This document shows positions 48,616 to 60,123 of a stretch of 64,000 nt of DNA, in pieces. The DNA is from Paraspadella gotoi. Its lineage: Eukaryota > Animalia > Chaetognatha. Under the pieces are notes generated by a model. It did no database searches. It was given only the letters and a program-made list of their open reading frames with translations, and was not told the origin of the DNA. Numbering within the stretch: the first letter of the stretch is position 1; each line of letters opens with the position of its first letter. Position numbers and translations under genes: made by a program. The DNA is taken from NCBI GenBank assembly GCA_051294375.1, contig CM119267.1, positions 15,602,105 through 15,666,104 of the forward strand. The letters are read 5' to 3'.

Positions 48616-48660
48616 TTTTGCACTTGCAGATCTTTCCTGGCCAAACCCAATCTCTGCTAT

Positions 48661-48685
48661 CTGTATCAAAAAAAAGTCAACGTTC
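48661..48685 (-). promoter_or_regulatory. Putative trans-splice acceptor upstream of the zinc-finger gene
   Basis: Minus strand TTGACTTTTTTTTGATACAG, 45 nt before the ATG, within the 221-nt spacer after the CABLES stop. Confidence 0.6.
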
Positions 48686-48836
48686 ATATCGCGAAAAGCG
48701 AAAAAATTAGGACAATAAATTAAGTAGTCTGGTAAGAATAATATTAATAATGCCTTCGGACAAACATAGTAAATACAGCTTGGATTAGGAAAGGCCCATA
48801 GGTAATTATAATATGAGTTATAAGTAATTGTCCATA

Positions 48837-51800
48837 TCACATTTCGTTGAGAAGTCTCTGGTGATGCGGGCGGATCTCGTGGTCGGGGAGTTGTAAAGAA
48901 AATTCGAGAGCGACGAGTACAACCATTTCCCAGCACATGAGCTCCTTGCGCTGAACGCGGAAAACGTCCTCCACTTCGTCTAGAACGTGCTTCAACTCAG
49001 GGCCTTTGAAGTCATCAAATTTGGCGGCGAGAACCAAGCAGTTAGCGGCGAGAATCTTGCGATTTTGCTTGGTTATTAAACCCTGTGAGAAAAAGTTAAA
49101 TATTTCTGCTCACTTTCCTCAGTTTCTGCACGAGTCCTGTACTTTATTACTAAATCCGACCTTAATATCCAAAATATTTGAATTTTACTCAATTGTTTGC
49201 GTGGATTTTTTAATAAATGGAATAATACCATATTAAATAGGTCTAGCAATATTTCGGTCATTTCTTACGTACCTTGAGGATAATCTTTTCGAAATAAACG
49301 TAAGAAGCGGCTAGAGTGGCGAGTTCGAGTTGCGCCTTATTCGCTATTCGGTGCAGATCTCGTTTGATGCTGCGCAACTTGGAGAGCGTCAATTGGATGG
49401 AGGGAAAGCGTTCCTGGGAAGAAGAATTTAAAGAATTTTTCTCCGAATTCAAATCTCGCATTATTGGCACTGGACTATGGGCTGCCCGCTCACCTTGAAT
49501 TGATCGTTCAATTCCGTCTTGAGATCCGAGGGGCGGACGTAGTCGATGATCGACGTCATGTAGGACGGAAAAGTGAGCAGCGTTCGGTGTTTTCCGGCGC
49601 GAAGCTCCGGATCGTCGAGGCGAAGCGGGTCGTAGGGAATGTAAATGCGGGCGAGCGGGTGCGACAGAGCCGACGATGGAGTCGCCGACCCGTCGGTGAG
49701 CGAAAGAACCGGAGTCAAAGGTGGAACGTCCAAATTGGAGCTCAGTTCTGAATCCGTGAGAGAAGAGAAGCGAATGGTCGGAGTCATTTTACTTTTAAAG
49801 TTTTATCGCACAGTTTTCCGAATGGTTTACCTGTGAGGAGGCGTTTTCCTCTGGCTCGATACGGATAAAGCAGAGGAGCGAAAGACACTTCTTGGCCCTC
49901 CTCCCTCTTCTCCACGCCAAGTAGATCCTGTAGGAAATGAGGGCAAGTTAGTAGTGTATGAAAAAAAATGATCAGAGTTATCCCAATTTTAATTATCACT
50001 TGAATCAGAGAATCCAAAGCTTGACCGGCGGCGTTCCGAGGACCCGAGGGAATTCTTTGCCGCGAACCGTCGGCAGCGATGGCCTCGGTTTTTGAAACAA
50101 CTTGGTGCAGCTGAGAATGAGAAGAGGAGGTCGCGTGGCCGAGATCATTCAGGGTCGAGGCGGTCGTCGAATCCAGGCCGGAGATTGAGTTCGATTTGGG
50201 AACCTTTGCCGTTTAAATTTTTTTTCGAAAGTTAAAAGCAATTCTCATTTTACTTTAAATATAATTTAAGTTATTTTTTTATTTATTTAAGTTATATTTA
50301 AAATTATGAATTAACCTCTGAATACGGAAGCGTCGAGCAGACGACGAAGGGAGCGGCGCATTTTCCCGTGACGAATACCATCCTCTTGTCAGTGGCCTTT
50401 TTAAGCGCGTGAAAGCCTTCGGGGGTTTTTACTCGAAGTACGCGGAACTTGGGCCGCATGGCTTCGTGACTGTTGTCTCGCGGAATTACTGTTTCGAATT
50501 AATAAGGGACGCTCGTTAGTATTTTAAAAAAAAATATTTATAAATAACGAAAAATATGAATTTAGTTTACCCCCGGTCTCCGAATAAAATTCGTTGACAG
50601 AGGACGAGGATTTCCGCGAAGATTTCCCTCCCAGCAGAAGGGCTTGGGTCGTGGTTGGGGCGTGTTGTAGGGAGTGCTGGGAAGACGAAACGGCGGAGAG
50701 ACCCATCGATTCCACGCTATCTTCGGCGGGACGATGATCCGCAAACAACTTCCTCTTGTGCGAAGCGTAGCCTTGGATTCGATTCGATAAGCATTCGCTG
50801 TGACCTTAAAATATATAGTAGATTCACAATAAAAATTGCATAACTTGATCTATTTGTAATTGACTATGATTTATATTAAGACCAAAAAAACGTAAGATCT
50901 TTAATCACCATACTAAAATTTGTAAGTCGTTTAATTAAATAAAATCCACCAACCGTTCATCAGCGGCCATTGATGCAGGAGGCAAGTCATTCGCCTGACA
51001 ACCCCAAGCTCCGGGGTTCTAGCCCGGTGGTCGCCTCGCAGTTAAGAGGGACGGGGCGCTTAACCCGCCTGTAACACGGTGTTAAAGCCTGATCCGGTTC
51101 TGTCACTAACTCATAACAATTATTACTGTCTCATCAATACAATTAATAAATGAAACGAAAGGTAATCTTGACAAGTGACTACAAATAAAAACTTATACTA
51201 AATACTATTTTCGAAATATTCCTGGCTACTCTAGAGATCGTATAAATTGGCTATTCCGAAATGGTTACAGTTATAAATCGAGCAACCGTTTTAATTGAGT
51301 TGGACAATATTAAAACGTAGGCATTACGTATTTCATTCTATTCACCTAAGCTAACAGTCCGTAGCCGGCGTTTGGACAAAACGTTAGTCAAACAAGGATT
51401 TGCGTGCATGTGAGAGGCATCGCCTGAGACGTGCAGGAAAGGATCGGGAAGATTTGTTAGTGATATTAAGCTACAAATACTTATCGTAACAAACAAAATT
51501 ATGCTTTTTAATGACTCATTAAAAAATGATTAAACTACATGTACAACTAGATAATTAAATATTAATAAACAAAATTGAAAACGAACATATTAATACGAGT
51601 ACGACGAGCTGAATGATAATTTAAAAAAAATATTAAGTTAATTAACCCACTCAGGTTTTTACCCTCGGAACTGGAAGAGGCCAAACGTTCGACGACGTAA
51701 GCGCGGATTTCAGGACCTGCACTCGCGCCATCGACCGCGTCCTCGTTGTCAGGAGGAACGGGTTCAGTACTAGAGTCAGCCTCTATTCTCTGCCTCTCAC

Positions 51801-52052
51801 TCGTCGCCTGAGGCTGAAACATCCACAGTTTCGTGTCTCTGGAAAAATAAATTGGGAATGAAGAACGAATTTTAAAAAATTTCGGACAAGGTGGGAGTGT
51901 GAAACAAAAAAGGGGAAAGAGAGGTTTCATGTAAAAAAAGAGTTAAGCATAAACCTGTGGGTTCCATCCAGCGAGATGTTTGACAAAAAATTTACGGCGG
52001 CGATTCGGCGGCGGCATCGCTGACGTTGCGCACGGCACGTTCGACTCGTCAT
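48837..52052 (-). CDS. CABLES1: CDK5 and ABL1 enzyme substrate (CABLES1/2-like), 9 exons
   Basis: [22 protein letters not shown]; [65 protein letters not shown]; cyclin-like AYVYFEK-type segment; [12 protein letters not shown]. Confidence 0.93.
50940..51129 (+). mobile_element. tRNA-derived SINE, copy 2 (CABLES intron 2)
   Basis: Collinear with the reverse complement of 12223-12454 apart from internal deletions. tRNA-like head at 50963-51034; shared body gcagttaagagggacggggcgcttaacccgcctgtaacacggtgtta. Confidence 0.8.
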
Positions 52053-52422
52053 CGTGGTTCAACGTTTCGCTCGAATGAAAAACCAAGACGATGCGCCATT
52101 ACCCATTACCCGTTATCTATTCAAGTTAATTGGCTCATCTGGGAGAGGACAAGTTCTACGAAAGTTCTATAGGAATGCATTGTGCAAAACAGCTTTCTGA
52201 TAGTCTGTAAAAAGAACAAAAAAACCAGCAAAAGTAAGCTTTATTATGCCTTGTTGGTACATCAAAAAGTCATGTACCTTAAAAACCGGAATGAGTAATA
52301 ATATTATCAAAACCAAATTAGGATGAGAACCAACTACTTGGAGAGTAAATATCACAATTCACAAATATTGTAAAATTCGTAGTGGGCAAGGAATCACATG
52401 TAGCGGTAAAAGATTCTTGGCA

Positions 52423-53864
52423 TCAAAGATCTTCCTTGACACGTACTACTTTAGGTTCGTTGAGCCAAGTTCCATTTTTATCAATGTCCAAATCTGCCCT
52501 AAATCTGATTTCTTTTGGAGCATTGGGATTGCGTCGGACGTGTTTTGGAAAACCCTGCGGGTAGCCGAGTGTTAAAGCAGGTAGAAAATTAGAAATGGGC
52601 AGCAAAACGTTTTTCTCAATCGGGTTAGATCAATGAGCTTACCCAAAATTCTAAAGATTTTCCAAAAATCTTTCTGTGACGAAATGCGTAACCCGAGAAC
52701 GTAGATACGCAGTTACCAATCCAATGAGACGCCATTTCCATCACGCAAAGGTCAACCTTAAAATCGGAATCCGGCCCAGGAGCGTAAATCTTTAAATCCT
52801 TAAACTTTTTCTTAAATTCCCTGACCATTGGGTCATTGTCAGTAGAAATGTAGATGGACCTAATTTTGTGCTTTTTCACTGCGGCTGCCACTTGCTTAAT
52901 GATCGTATTTTTTGACGGGAAACAAATTTCCTAGAAAAAAGTGAAAATTCTAAGTGGTTTAATTTTTATGAAATAAACTAAATTGCAATCGAGATGAACA
53001 TTACGAAAAAAAAAATTTCACCTGCGTCAAGAATCCCTTCTCATTCTCGAAGCCCAAACACTGGGCGGAGCCGAAAAAATTTCTTCCTTCTTCCACGTGA
53101 TTGCAGGCGCGTTTGAAGTCGTCTCCATTCCTCAAGTGAATTGCCAAGAAGGGATTTTCCATCTCCTTCCGAATGAGTATCTCGGATCGCTTCCAAACAT
53201 CGTCCGACCAGAGCAAATACTTTTGATTTTCGATGTCGGCCTCTTTGGGTGGAAAGTCGCCCGGCGTGCCAGTAAAGGCCAGGACAGGAAATTTTTCCGG
53301 TGGATATTCTTGGTGCCACCGTTCTATCATGTGCGTGTCGTTGACATTACAGTAATAAAGTCCTTTTTCGCCGTAGAAGGAGGAGGAATCGAAATCGATG
53401 CCGAAGTGATCCCAATATGGTCCGAAAGGGTTCCCGTCCTTTGCGTTGCAGCCCTTATCGACAGAGCCGTGACGTGGCCCGTAGCATATAGAAATTCGCT
53501 CGCCTTTGGGAAACACGTCGTCGCCAACAGTGCCCATAAAAAAGTCCATGGTTATCGAGCGGTGAAACATGGTGGCGGCTCTGTAGCGGAAATAATCTTC
53601 GTAGGGTATCTGGCGAGATCCAGCTTGGTATGGAATGTATTCAATCCAGTGCGGGAGGATAAGGGTTCGATCGAGAGCCTTGGCGAAACTCATGGCACCC
53701 AAAAACTGGGCTACTTGATTTCCGAAACGGCCCATGCAAGGGCAAAACATGATGTATCCCTTGGGGTCAACCTCAAACCCCAAGTTCTGTGTTGGCTTCT
53801 TTTTGTGCGCCATCGCAGAATGAAGGAAGAGCACGAGGACGAATAAACGTTTAATTGGATTCAT
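52423..53864 (-). CDS. POFUT1: GDP-fucose protein O-fucosyltransferase 1, 3 exons
   Basis: Signal peptide; DPKGYIMFCPCMGRFGNQ, CNAKDGNPFGPYWDHF, AIHLRNGDDF..AC, IGNCVSTFS; C-terminal ER-retention-like KEDL*. Confidence 0.96.
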
Positions 53865-53871
53865 TTTTAAT

Positions 53872-53895
53872 CTATAAATAAAAAAACGCTTTCTT
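53872..53895 (-). promoter_or_regulatory. Putative trans-splice acceptor upstream of POFUT1
   Basis: Minus strand GCGTTTTTTTATTTATAG|ATTAAAAATG; two AATAAA signals of ZC3H14 lie about 120-140 nt upstream. Confidence 0.6.
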
Positions 53896-54030
53896 TGAAC
53901 AAGGCGAAGATTTATCAGAACATTAACTGTCCGTTAGGTAATTTACAAATCAAAATCATACATGCATTTAATAATTACTAATTAGTAAAAGTTTATTGAA
54001 ATTTTTTTTATTTGATGACAAACTAAAAAA

Positions 54031-57000
54031 CTAATTTTTTTTCCACACCAATTTCGTCGGAAAGTTAAGAATTTTTTCCGCCATTTCTGTTGACATGTCG
54101 GGGCGAATGCTCTGTCCACGGTCACGATTGTCTGGATGAGAGAACTGACACTCACGCTTAGCGCATGCATTTCCATAACGACACGGCATAGTTTCCGTCG
54201 ACTCTGGTCCAGGCGTAGCCAGGAAAACACTTCGGGCAGGTGGTGGTGTCGGTGCAAACTTCTTGATTGGTGGTCGGGCAAAAAGGTTTCCTCTCTTACT
54301 GGCGTGCGTATAAGGACAGGACAGTTTAGTGCACTGAGCGTCGTACTTGCAGTTGGGATGAATGAATAGACACTTGTCGCCGAAACGACATCGAGGAAAC
54401 GCTTTGCAAGGTGTAGTGGGGTGTTGAAAGGGGCAACTCTCACCAGCGCGGCACGCCGGCCAGAATCGGCATCTTTCGCCGCTAGAATGGGGAACCTCGG
54501 GCCCATCACTCGTTGGTGGCAGCGCTCGGCGAATTGTGGACGCGCTTTTTCTAATCCCCGCCAAAGCGTGAGTTATATTCGCGAGGGACGCGGTACTTTC
54601 GACGGTAGAATTGGAAGAAGCGCCAGCGCCGATAGTGGCACGCGGATTCTGCCAAGAGAATTGACTCGGTGCCGTTCTTTGTGGCGCTACCGATGCTGTG
54701 GCTTTGGCTTGAAACTTAAAGTCTAATGGTGGAGGTGCGTTCGAAGGTGAAAACTTCGGCACGCTATCGGACGAATTGTTGGACGTAGATGAGAAGCGAA
54801 CGGGGAGAGAGATATTCGATGTTGTTTTGGAAGAATTACGGTTAATCATCGAGATATCCGGCGAGACAGAGGGCTTTGACGTCGGCGCCGAAGACTCGCC
54901 CTCGGTGGCGAAGGAAATTTTTAAGGAATCGTGCGGCGGGCAATCCTCAACGTCTTCTTCGTTAATATAAAGAAAAACGTCGTCGTCGGCCGAACCGTCG
55001 AGGGTCACTTCCTCGTCGTAGAGGCGCCGTTTGAGACCCTCGTGATCATTAGAATTTGCTCTCGTTTTCTTATCAGCAAATTTGGAGGCGTCGACGCCGT
55101 CGAGAGTCACAATAAACTTCGGCGATTCCCTTTGACTGGAGGAAGCACCGCATTGTTCTCGCGGTGACGATATAAGAGCCCCATGTGTAGAAGACGGTTG
55201 GACTGGCGGAGGTGCTGACTTGCGAGGCGGAGAACCATCTGAAAGGCCATGTGGAGGCGGTGGTCGCTTTAACCTGGGCTTTACACGTTCCCTTTTTTCA
55301 GAACGAATCTTGGCTTCCGCCTTAGTTTTTGATTTGACTTCCTCGTTGTCGACCTTCAAAGCAGCTGCCACGATATCGCGCCAATTCGGTTCCGTTTGGC
55401 CATTTTCCGAAGACGATTTTTGAAATTTTCCACTTTCTTCCTCTTTATTCTCTTCAATTTCTTCTCCTTTTATTCCTTTCTCATGAGGCAAAACGATAGG
55501 TTCCTCTGTTCCCGGCGGCGCCGGCTCAATATCAATAGAAGACTGCCTAGGTTTTTCCGCCATTTCCACCATCTCCGAAGACTCTTTTCCATATAACATT
55601 TCTTCCTCGCTGTCGTAATCGGCGGGTTTATCCTCAACGTTTGCTTGAAAACGTCGTTCATCGACCTGGCCACAGTTGTTCTCGTTCGACTGCTCGATGG
55701 AATCGCCGCTGCGGCTGCGGCTTCTGGATTCTCGCTCTACAGGCGTTGGAGATTTCGGACGAACGTTTCTTATGCTTTGAATCCTATGAACTTCCTGACG
55801 AAACTGAGAGCGAGATTCGTCCTCGCTTTCCATGGGATGATCTGAGACACGAGATCCGGCGCGAAGTCTATTGTCGACGAAGGGTTGGTCGTAATCGTCG
55901 TCGATGTAAGATTCCGGGGAAGCGGGAATTGACGGCCCGTCCTTTTTCGTCACTGCCGTTTCACCGCCGGAACCGTCGTCGGAAAAATCTTCGGCGAGAG
56001 CATAATCGTCTACGGCGACGCTAGAGGATTCGGAAGCCTTATGTACCCTGTTCTTAATGTGCACCTTAAAACTCTGCAAGTGCGCCCTCGTCACCTTGAC
56101 AGTTTTTCCGTTATCCTTTTTTAATACAATGGCGTCATCGGATTCGACGGACTCACGCCTAGAACTTCCTCCGCCACTTCGATGACGACGGCGGTCTTTG
56201 GAGCGAGAATCTTCGTTCGAGTCTCTTTTTCGGGATTCCCGAGAGCGATGACTGGGCGAGGGAGTCGTCTGAGTCCGGGGATGTGAGACGTCGCTCGATT
56301 TATCCCGACGCAGTGCACCGTCTCCCGCGAACGCATACCTCGCTTCTGAGGCGGGTAGCTGCCTCGTCTCATTGGGAATCTCTTGACGCGATCTCGCGCT
56401 ATGTTCGCGTCGATCTGAATACATTCTGGACTCGCGCCTGATTTCTGGTGAAATGGCGCGCGAATCGGAATGAAAATCGCTTTTAGAATCACGCGGTAGC
56501 GAGGGTCTAATACTTTGTGCGTCGTGACGACCGTCGTTGTGAGCAAGATCCATAAGAGCTTCGTCCGCACGAGATCGCTCCGCGGATGTAATGTTAGGGC
56601 GGTGGCATCGATGGGCAGCCGATTCTAGACGAGAATGGTTATGAGATCGGTCATCTTCACGGTCATCTTCACGCGAGCGGCGGGATTTTTCAACGTAAGA
56701 ATTCGATCCTGGGATGGACATTATTTCGTCCGAACGCATGCCGCCAAGGGTAAACCCGCACTGACGATTGGACGAGCTTTTACTGATCTTTTCCTTGGAC
56801 ATCGTCCTAGAAGACGACGACAACGACTTTGATATTTGAGAATGCGTCGAGACGCTCTTTGATTGGACCAGCGACTTTCCTTTTTTGTCGGTGACCTTGA
56901 CAATGCTACCGATGATCCTTCCTTGCTCATCGACATCACGTTCCTTGAGCACGCCTCCGGTAGACACGCGACTTTTAGTGACTTTTGCCTTATCGTCACG

Positions 57001-57630
57001 CGTCTGGCGCTTGGTCGAAGACGTCGACGCTGTCTTTAACAACTTCTTGGGCATTTCGATTTTTTCGTTGGAATCGCGCTTTTTACGGAGAGCGTCGTCC
57101 AGCGCCTGTCGTGCTTGCACTAGTGACGGAGGTTCTTTAAGGGATAACTCTGACTTTTTCTTGACGGCTTCCTTGGCAACGCCACCTTTTGGAGGGGCAT
57201 CGTCGTTGAGACCCTCAATTACATCGTCCGTGCGGATGGAGATGAAATCGCCAAGAGGAAGTTGCTGCGCAGAAGACGGATCTAAATTTTTTTGTTCCGT
57301 CTTTTTGTCTAGTGTCAATAGCACTTTAGTCGAGTGGCTGCTCTGCCCGGTCTTCTCCGCTTTTTGCTGAGCCTTCAATTGTCGCTCTAACGTTTCGGCC
57401 GTTATGTTCTGCAATTTGTTTAAAAGTTGCTGGAGCCAGTCGGTGAAGGCAGCTGCGGCGGCGCCGAGGAAGAGGCTGAGATCGCCCTGCATCTGATCTC
57501 TCGTTTTCTTATTGGCCACCATGACCATGATATAGTCCGGAAGCTCCTCATCAACGTACGCCCCTAGTTCCTCCAATTTTGTCTTAATGGCGGCACGAAT
57601 CTTTTTGCTGATCTCAGTACCAATCTCCAT
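54031..57630 (-). CDS. ZC3H14: Zinc finger CCCH domain protein 14 (Nab2 orthologue, poly(A)-binding), intronless
   Basis: PWI-like MEIGTEISKKIRAAIKTKLEELGAYVDEELPDYIMVMVANKK; SPKFIVTLDGV; four C-terminal CCCH fingers (CRFWPAC, CKAFPRC, CKYDAQC, CRYGNAC). Confidence 0.95.
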   Translation of the reverse strand: MEIGTEISKKIRAAIKTKLEELGAYVDEELPDYIMVMVANKKTRDQMQGDLSLFLGAAAAAFTDWLQQLLNKLQNITAETLERQLKAQQKAEKTGQSSHSTKVLLTLDKKTEQKNLDPSSAQQLPLGDFISIRTDDVIEGLNDDAPPKGGVAKEAVKKKSELSLKEPPSLVQARQALDDALRKKRDSNEKIEMPKKLLKTASTSSTKRQTRDDKAKVTKSRVSTGGVLKERDVDEQGRIIGSIVKVTDKKGKSLVQSKSVSTHSQISKSLSSSSRTMSKEKISKSSSNRQCGFTLGGMRSDEIMSIPGSNSYVEKSRRSREDDREDDRSHNHSRLESAAHRCHRPNITSAERSRADEALMDLAHNDGRHDAQSIRPSLPRDSKSDFHSDSRAISPEIRRESRMYSDRREHSARSRQEIPNETRQLPASEARYAFAGDGALRRDKSSDVSHPRTQTTPSPSHRSRESRKRDSNEDSRSKDRRRHRSGGGSSRRESVESDDAIVLKKDNGKTVKVTRAHLQSFKVHIKNRVHKASESSSVAVDDYALAEDFSDDGSGGETAVTKKDGPSIPASPESYIDDDYDQPFVDNRLRAGSRVSDHPMESEDESRSQFRQEVHRIQSIRNVRPKSPTPVERESRSRSRSGDSIEQSNENNCGQVDERRFQANVEDKPADYDSEEEMLYGKESSEMVEMAEKPRQSSIDIEPAPPGTEEPIVLPHEKGIKGEEIEENKEEESGKFQKSSSENGQTEPNWRDIVAAALKVDNEEVKSKTKAEAKIRSEKRERVKPRLKRPPPPHGLSDGSPPRKSAPPPVQPSSTHGALISSPREQCGASSSQRESPKFIVTLDGVDASKFADKKTRANSNDHEGLKRRLYDEEVTLDGSADDDVFLYINEEDVEDCPPHDSLKISFATEGESSAPTSKPSVSPDISMINRNSSKTTSNISLPVRFSSTSNNSSDSVPKFSPSNAPPPLDFKFQAKATASVAPQRTAPSQFSWQNPRATIGAGASSNSTVESTASLANITHALAGIRKSASTIRRALPPTSDGPEVPHSSGERCRFWPACRAGESCPFQHPTTPCKAFPRCRFGDKCLFIHPNCKYDAQCTKLSCPYTHASKRGNLFARPPIKKFAPTPPPARSVFLATPGPESTETMPCRYGNACAKRECQFSHPDNRDRGQSIRPDMSTEMAEKILNFPTKLVWKKN

Positions 57631-57703
57631 GGTCACTTCTTTAGGCGATTATCTTAATAAATAAATCAATAAATAAAATAAAAACAATGTTATTCAACAA
57701 TAT

Positions 57704-59360
57704 TTACGTGTCAGAATCGCTGCAGTCGTACAAGTCCGAAACGAGAGAACTAGCAGTTTGCAAAATTTCAATTTTAGTACTAGAAAAAAAATTATCGACA
57801 CTGTGATCAGAAGCATCGCTGTCCTCATGATGACCACTGATAACAGCTGCCTCCGCTGCACCCGAGCAAGACGGCGACGACTTAAAGGGATTGTGAAGAA
57901 TAACGTTTTGTATATCAGCCCGATCTGCCTCTTTCGGCTCGGAAAGTTTGGTGGTTACTAAGGAAGAATGATAAGAACATTCGTTGGCGTCGATAACGTT
58001 GACTCGTTCTAAATCTGTCTTCACGCTCGTCTCTTCATCAATTTTTTTCTTAACAATCTTTCCGAATCCCGATAGAGCAATGGAGAAAGAAGACTGTAAC
58101 GTGCCGGAGCCTCCAAAGACGCCAGCTTTCGGTCTTTTGGCCGGCGTTTTAGAGGTGGATTCGTCGGGAACGAGGACGGACGATTCTTCGATCGCTTTTC
58201 GCTTCTTGTTTTGACGCTCGTCGAATGTTTCGAGGCTTTTGTATTTAATGAGAGAAGCCAGCCTCTTGTCTTCGTCGGATTCTTCTACGAGGACCAAGTC
58301 TGAGCATGACATTGACAAATTTTATTTTTAATTAAAATTATAATTTTTTCATTAGAGAAAACAGAAAAAAAAAACTACCTTTAGGAAGCGACGATTTTTC
58401 GAGAAGAGCCTCTCCAATCTTTTTCTTTTCCAAAATTTCCTTTTTTTCAAAACGAAATTTTTTTCGCGTCATCTGATTTAAAGCAAAATCATCCAACCAC
58501 TCCTCGCGACTTTCCGCCAACTCGGCCAAACTGGGCATTGACTTCTTCGCCTATAAATATATACTTTATATATACTATTAAAATATAAAACGTTAATTCT
58601 TCTCATAATTAAATTGTACTCACCTTCTCAACGTCTTGTTTTCCGTGCTCCAGCTTAAACATCGGGTCTGACTCGAGCTTTCGGTGCTTCTTCTTCTCCT
58701 CGGGAGCAACCTGTTCGTTTTCATCCGGGTTCCATCGTTGTTCCTTCCGCTTGAGCCCGGATATTATGACGTACTCGAAATTTGCAGGGTCCGTCTGCAT
58801 TTCAAAGTGATTGTCGCAGAGGTGACACTTCATTCTGGAAAAAAAGCTCTTGTTGTAATCATTGCTGGTATCACAGCTGACGTAGACACCGTCCCGGTCA
58901 TTCCTTATTTACAGCGGCACAGTCAATTAGACTTAAAATATCTGTAACCCGATTAATCACAGAAAACCTCTTCGTTCATTCAATTAAGCAGAAATACAAT
59001 AGTTTAATTGCAAGTTTAAAAAATACCTAAACTTATAAATCGGAGTGGTGTAATACATTCCCGTTTTCGTTTTTTCTGCGTTGTACCGAACGCCCATGCC
59101 AATGTGATTTCCACATCCAAGGCACCTAAACAAGCTTAGATTTATTACTGACGCAACAAGTGAAAAACTCCTTCGCAAATTTATTTAAATACGTACCAGA
59201 CATTATACGGCATTTCAAATCTGATGATCAGGATTCCTCGATCAAGTTTTCGCGCTCTTTCCCGCAAGGCGTGCACGCCATGGTATCCGTTCAATGACCC
59301 GTGCTTCTTGGGGTCGAAATCGGGGGGATAATACTTATTGGTTCCTTTTCGTTCTCCCAT
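57704..59360 (-). CDS. YJU2B: Splicing factor CCDC130/YJU2B (CWC16 family), 5 exons
   Basis: MGERKGTNKYYPPDFDPKKHGSLNGYHGVHALRERARKL..IRFEMPYNVWCLGCGNHIGMGVRYNAEK..FRMKCHLC..TDPAN..DPMFKLEH. Confidence 0.95.
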
Positions 59361-60123
59361 GTTTTATGCCAAAGTTATTGCCAATGATAAAATCCTCTAG
59401 AATATGATAAAAACATTTCTTACAGAACACATTAAAGCTTAAGGGGAAGACGGTGGGTGGCATTGCGTTCAGAAGAAAAAGTTCTATCATTGTAAATAAT
59501 CATTAAAAAGTTTACCGAATAGAGATCAATGCTGAATAATACCTAAATAAGTTAGATTAGGTAACGACTGTAATTTTCGCAACGTCGCTCACCACAAGAG
59601 AAATTAATCAAATTTAATGGATAAATGAATTAGAAAAGGGGGAAAAACGCTTAAAATCATGAAAATGTCGAAAAAATTAGGAAATTTTAGAAGCGATCAC
59701 AAAAACTACAAACTACATAAAATCTAATAAGGCACCAATTGTGAAACCACCAATCACAAAAGGAAAACGTCATACAATATATAAATATATATTCGACAGT
59801 TAATTCTAGAAAAAAAGAGTTGACCAGTAAGTCCAGTATCTGAATTCTTCATGACTAGAAGACGTCATATAACATCAAATAAAACCGTTGGTTTAGTAAC
59901 ACTTTTTTATTCTTTCTGCAATAAAAATATTATGACTTGTATGTTTTTAAAAGAGCTTACTTTTTTCAAAAATCTGATCATTTTTAACTTAAGACCTAAC
60001 TTTAAATTGCTACATTCCATTCACTGTTTAATATTTTTTTGACTTTCAACTGGTAGGACTGACAACAACAATAAATACCCATTTAAAAAATCAAATCTAA
60101 CGAGTCTATACCCAAAATTACCA

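Noticed and set aside
48616-48936. 107-aa N-terminal extension of the zinc-finger ORF overlapping the CABLES 3' end
   Set aside because: It runs through AT-rich spacer with non-protein-like composition; a strong acceptor and AAAAATG at 48615 give a better start.
53097-53846. 249-aa plus-strand ORF, and the many other plus-strand or alternate-frame ORFs over GC-rich exons
   Set aside because: Antisense shadows of well-supported minus-strand genes; no motifs or splice structure of their own.
58836-58930. Stem-loop (GGTGTC...GATACC) followed by ACA near the 3' end of YJU2B intron 2, suggesting an H/ACA snoRNA
   Set aside because: Lower stem and first hairpin are unconvincing, and no target can be assigned without a covariance search.
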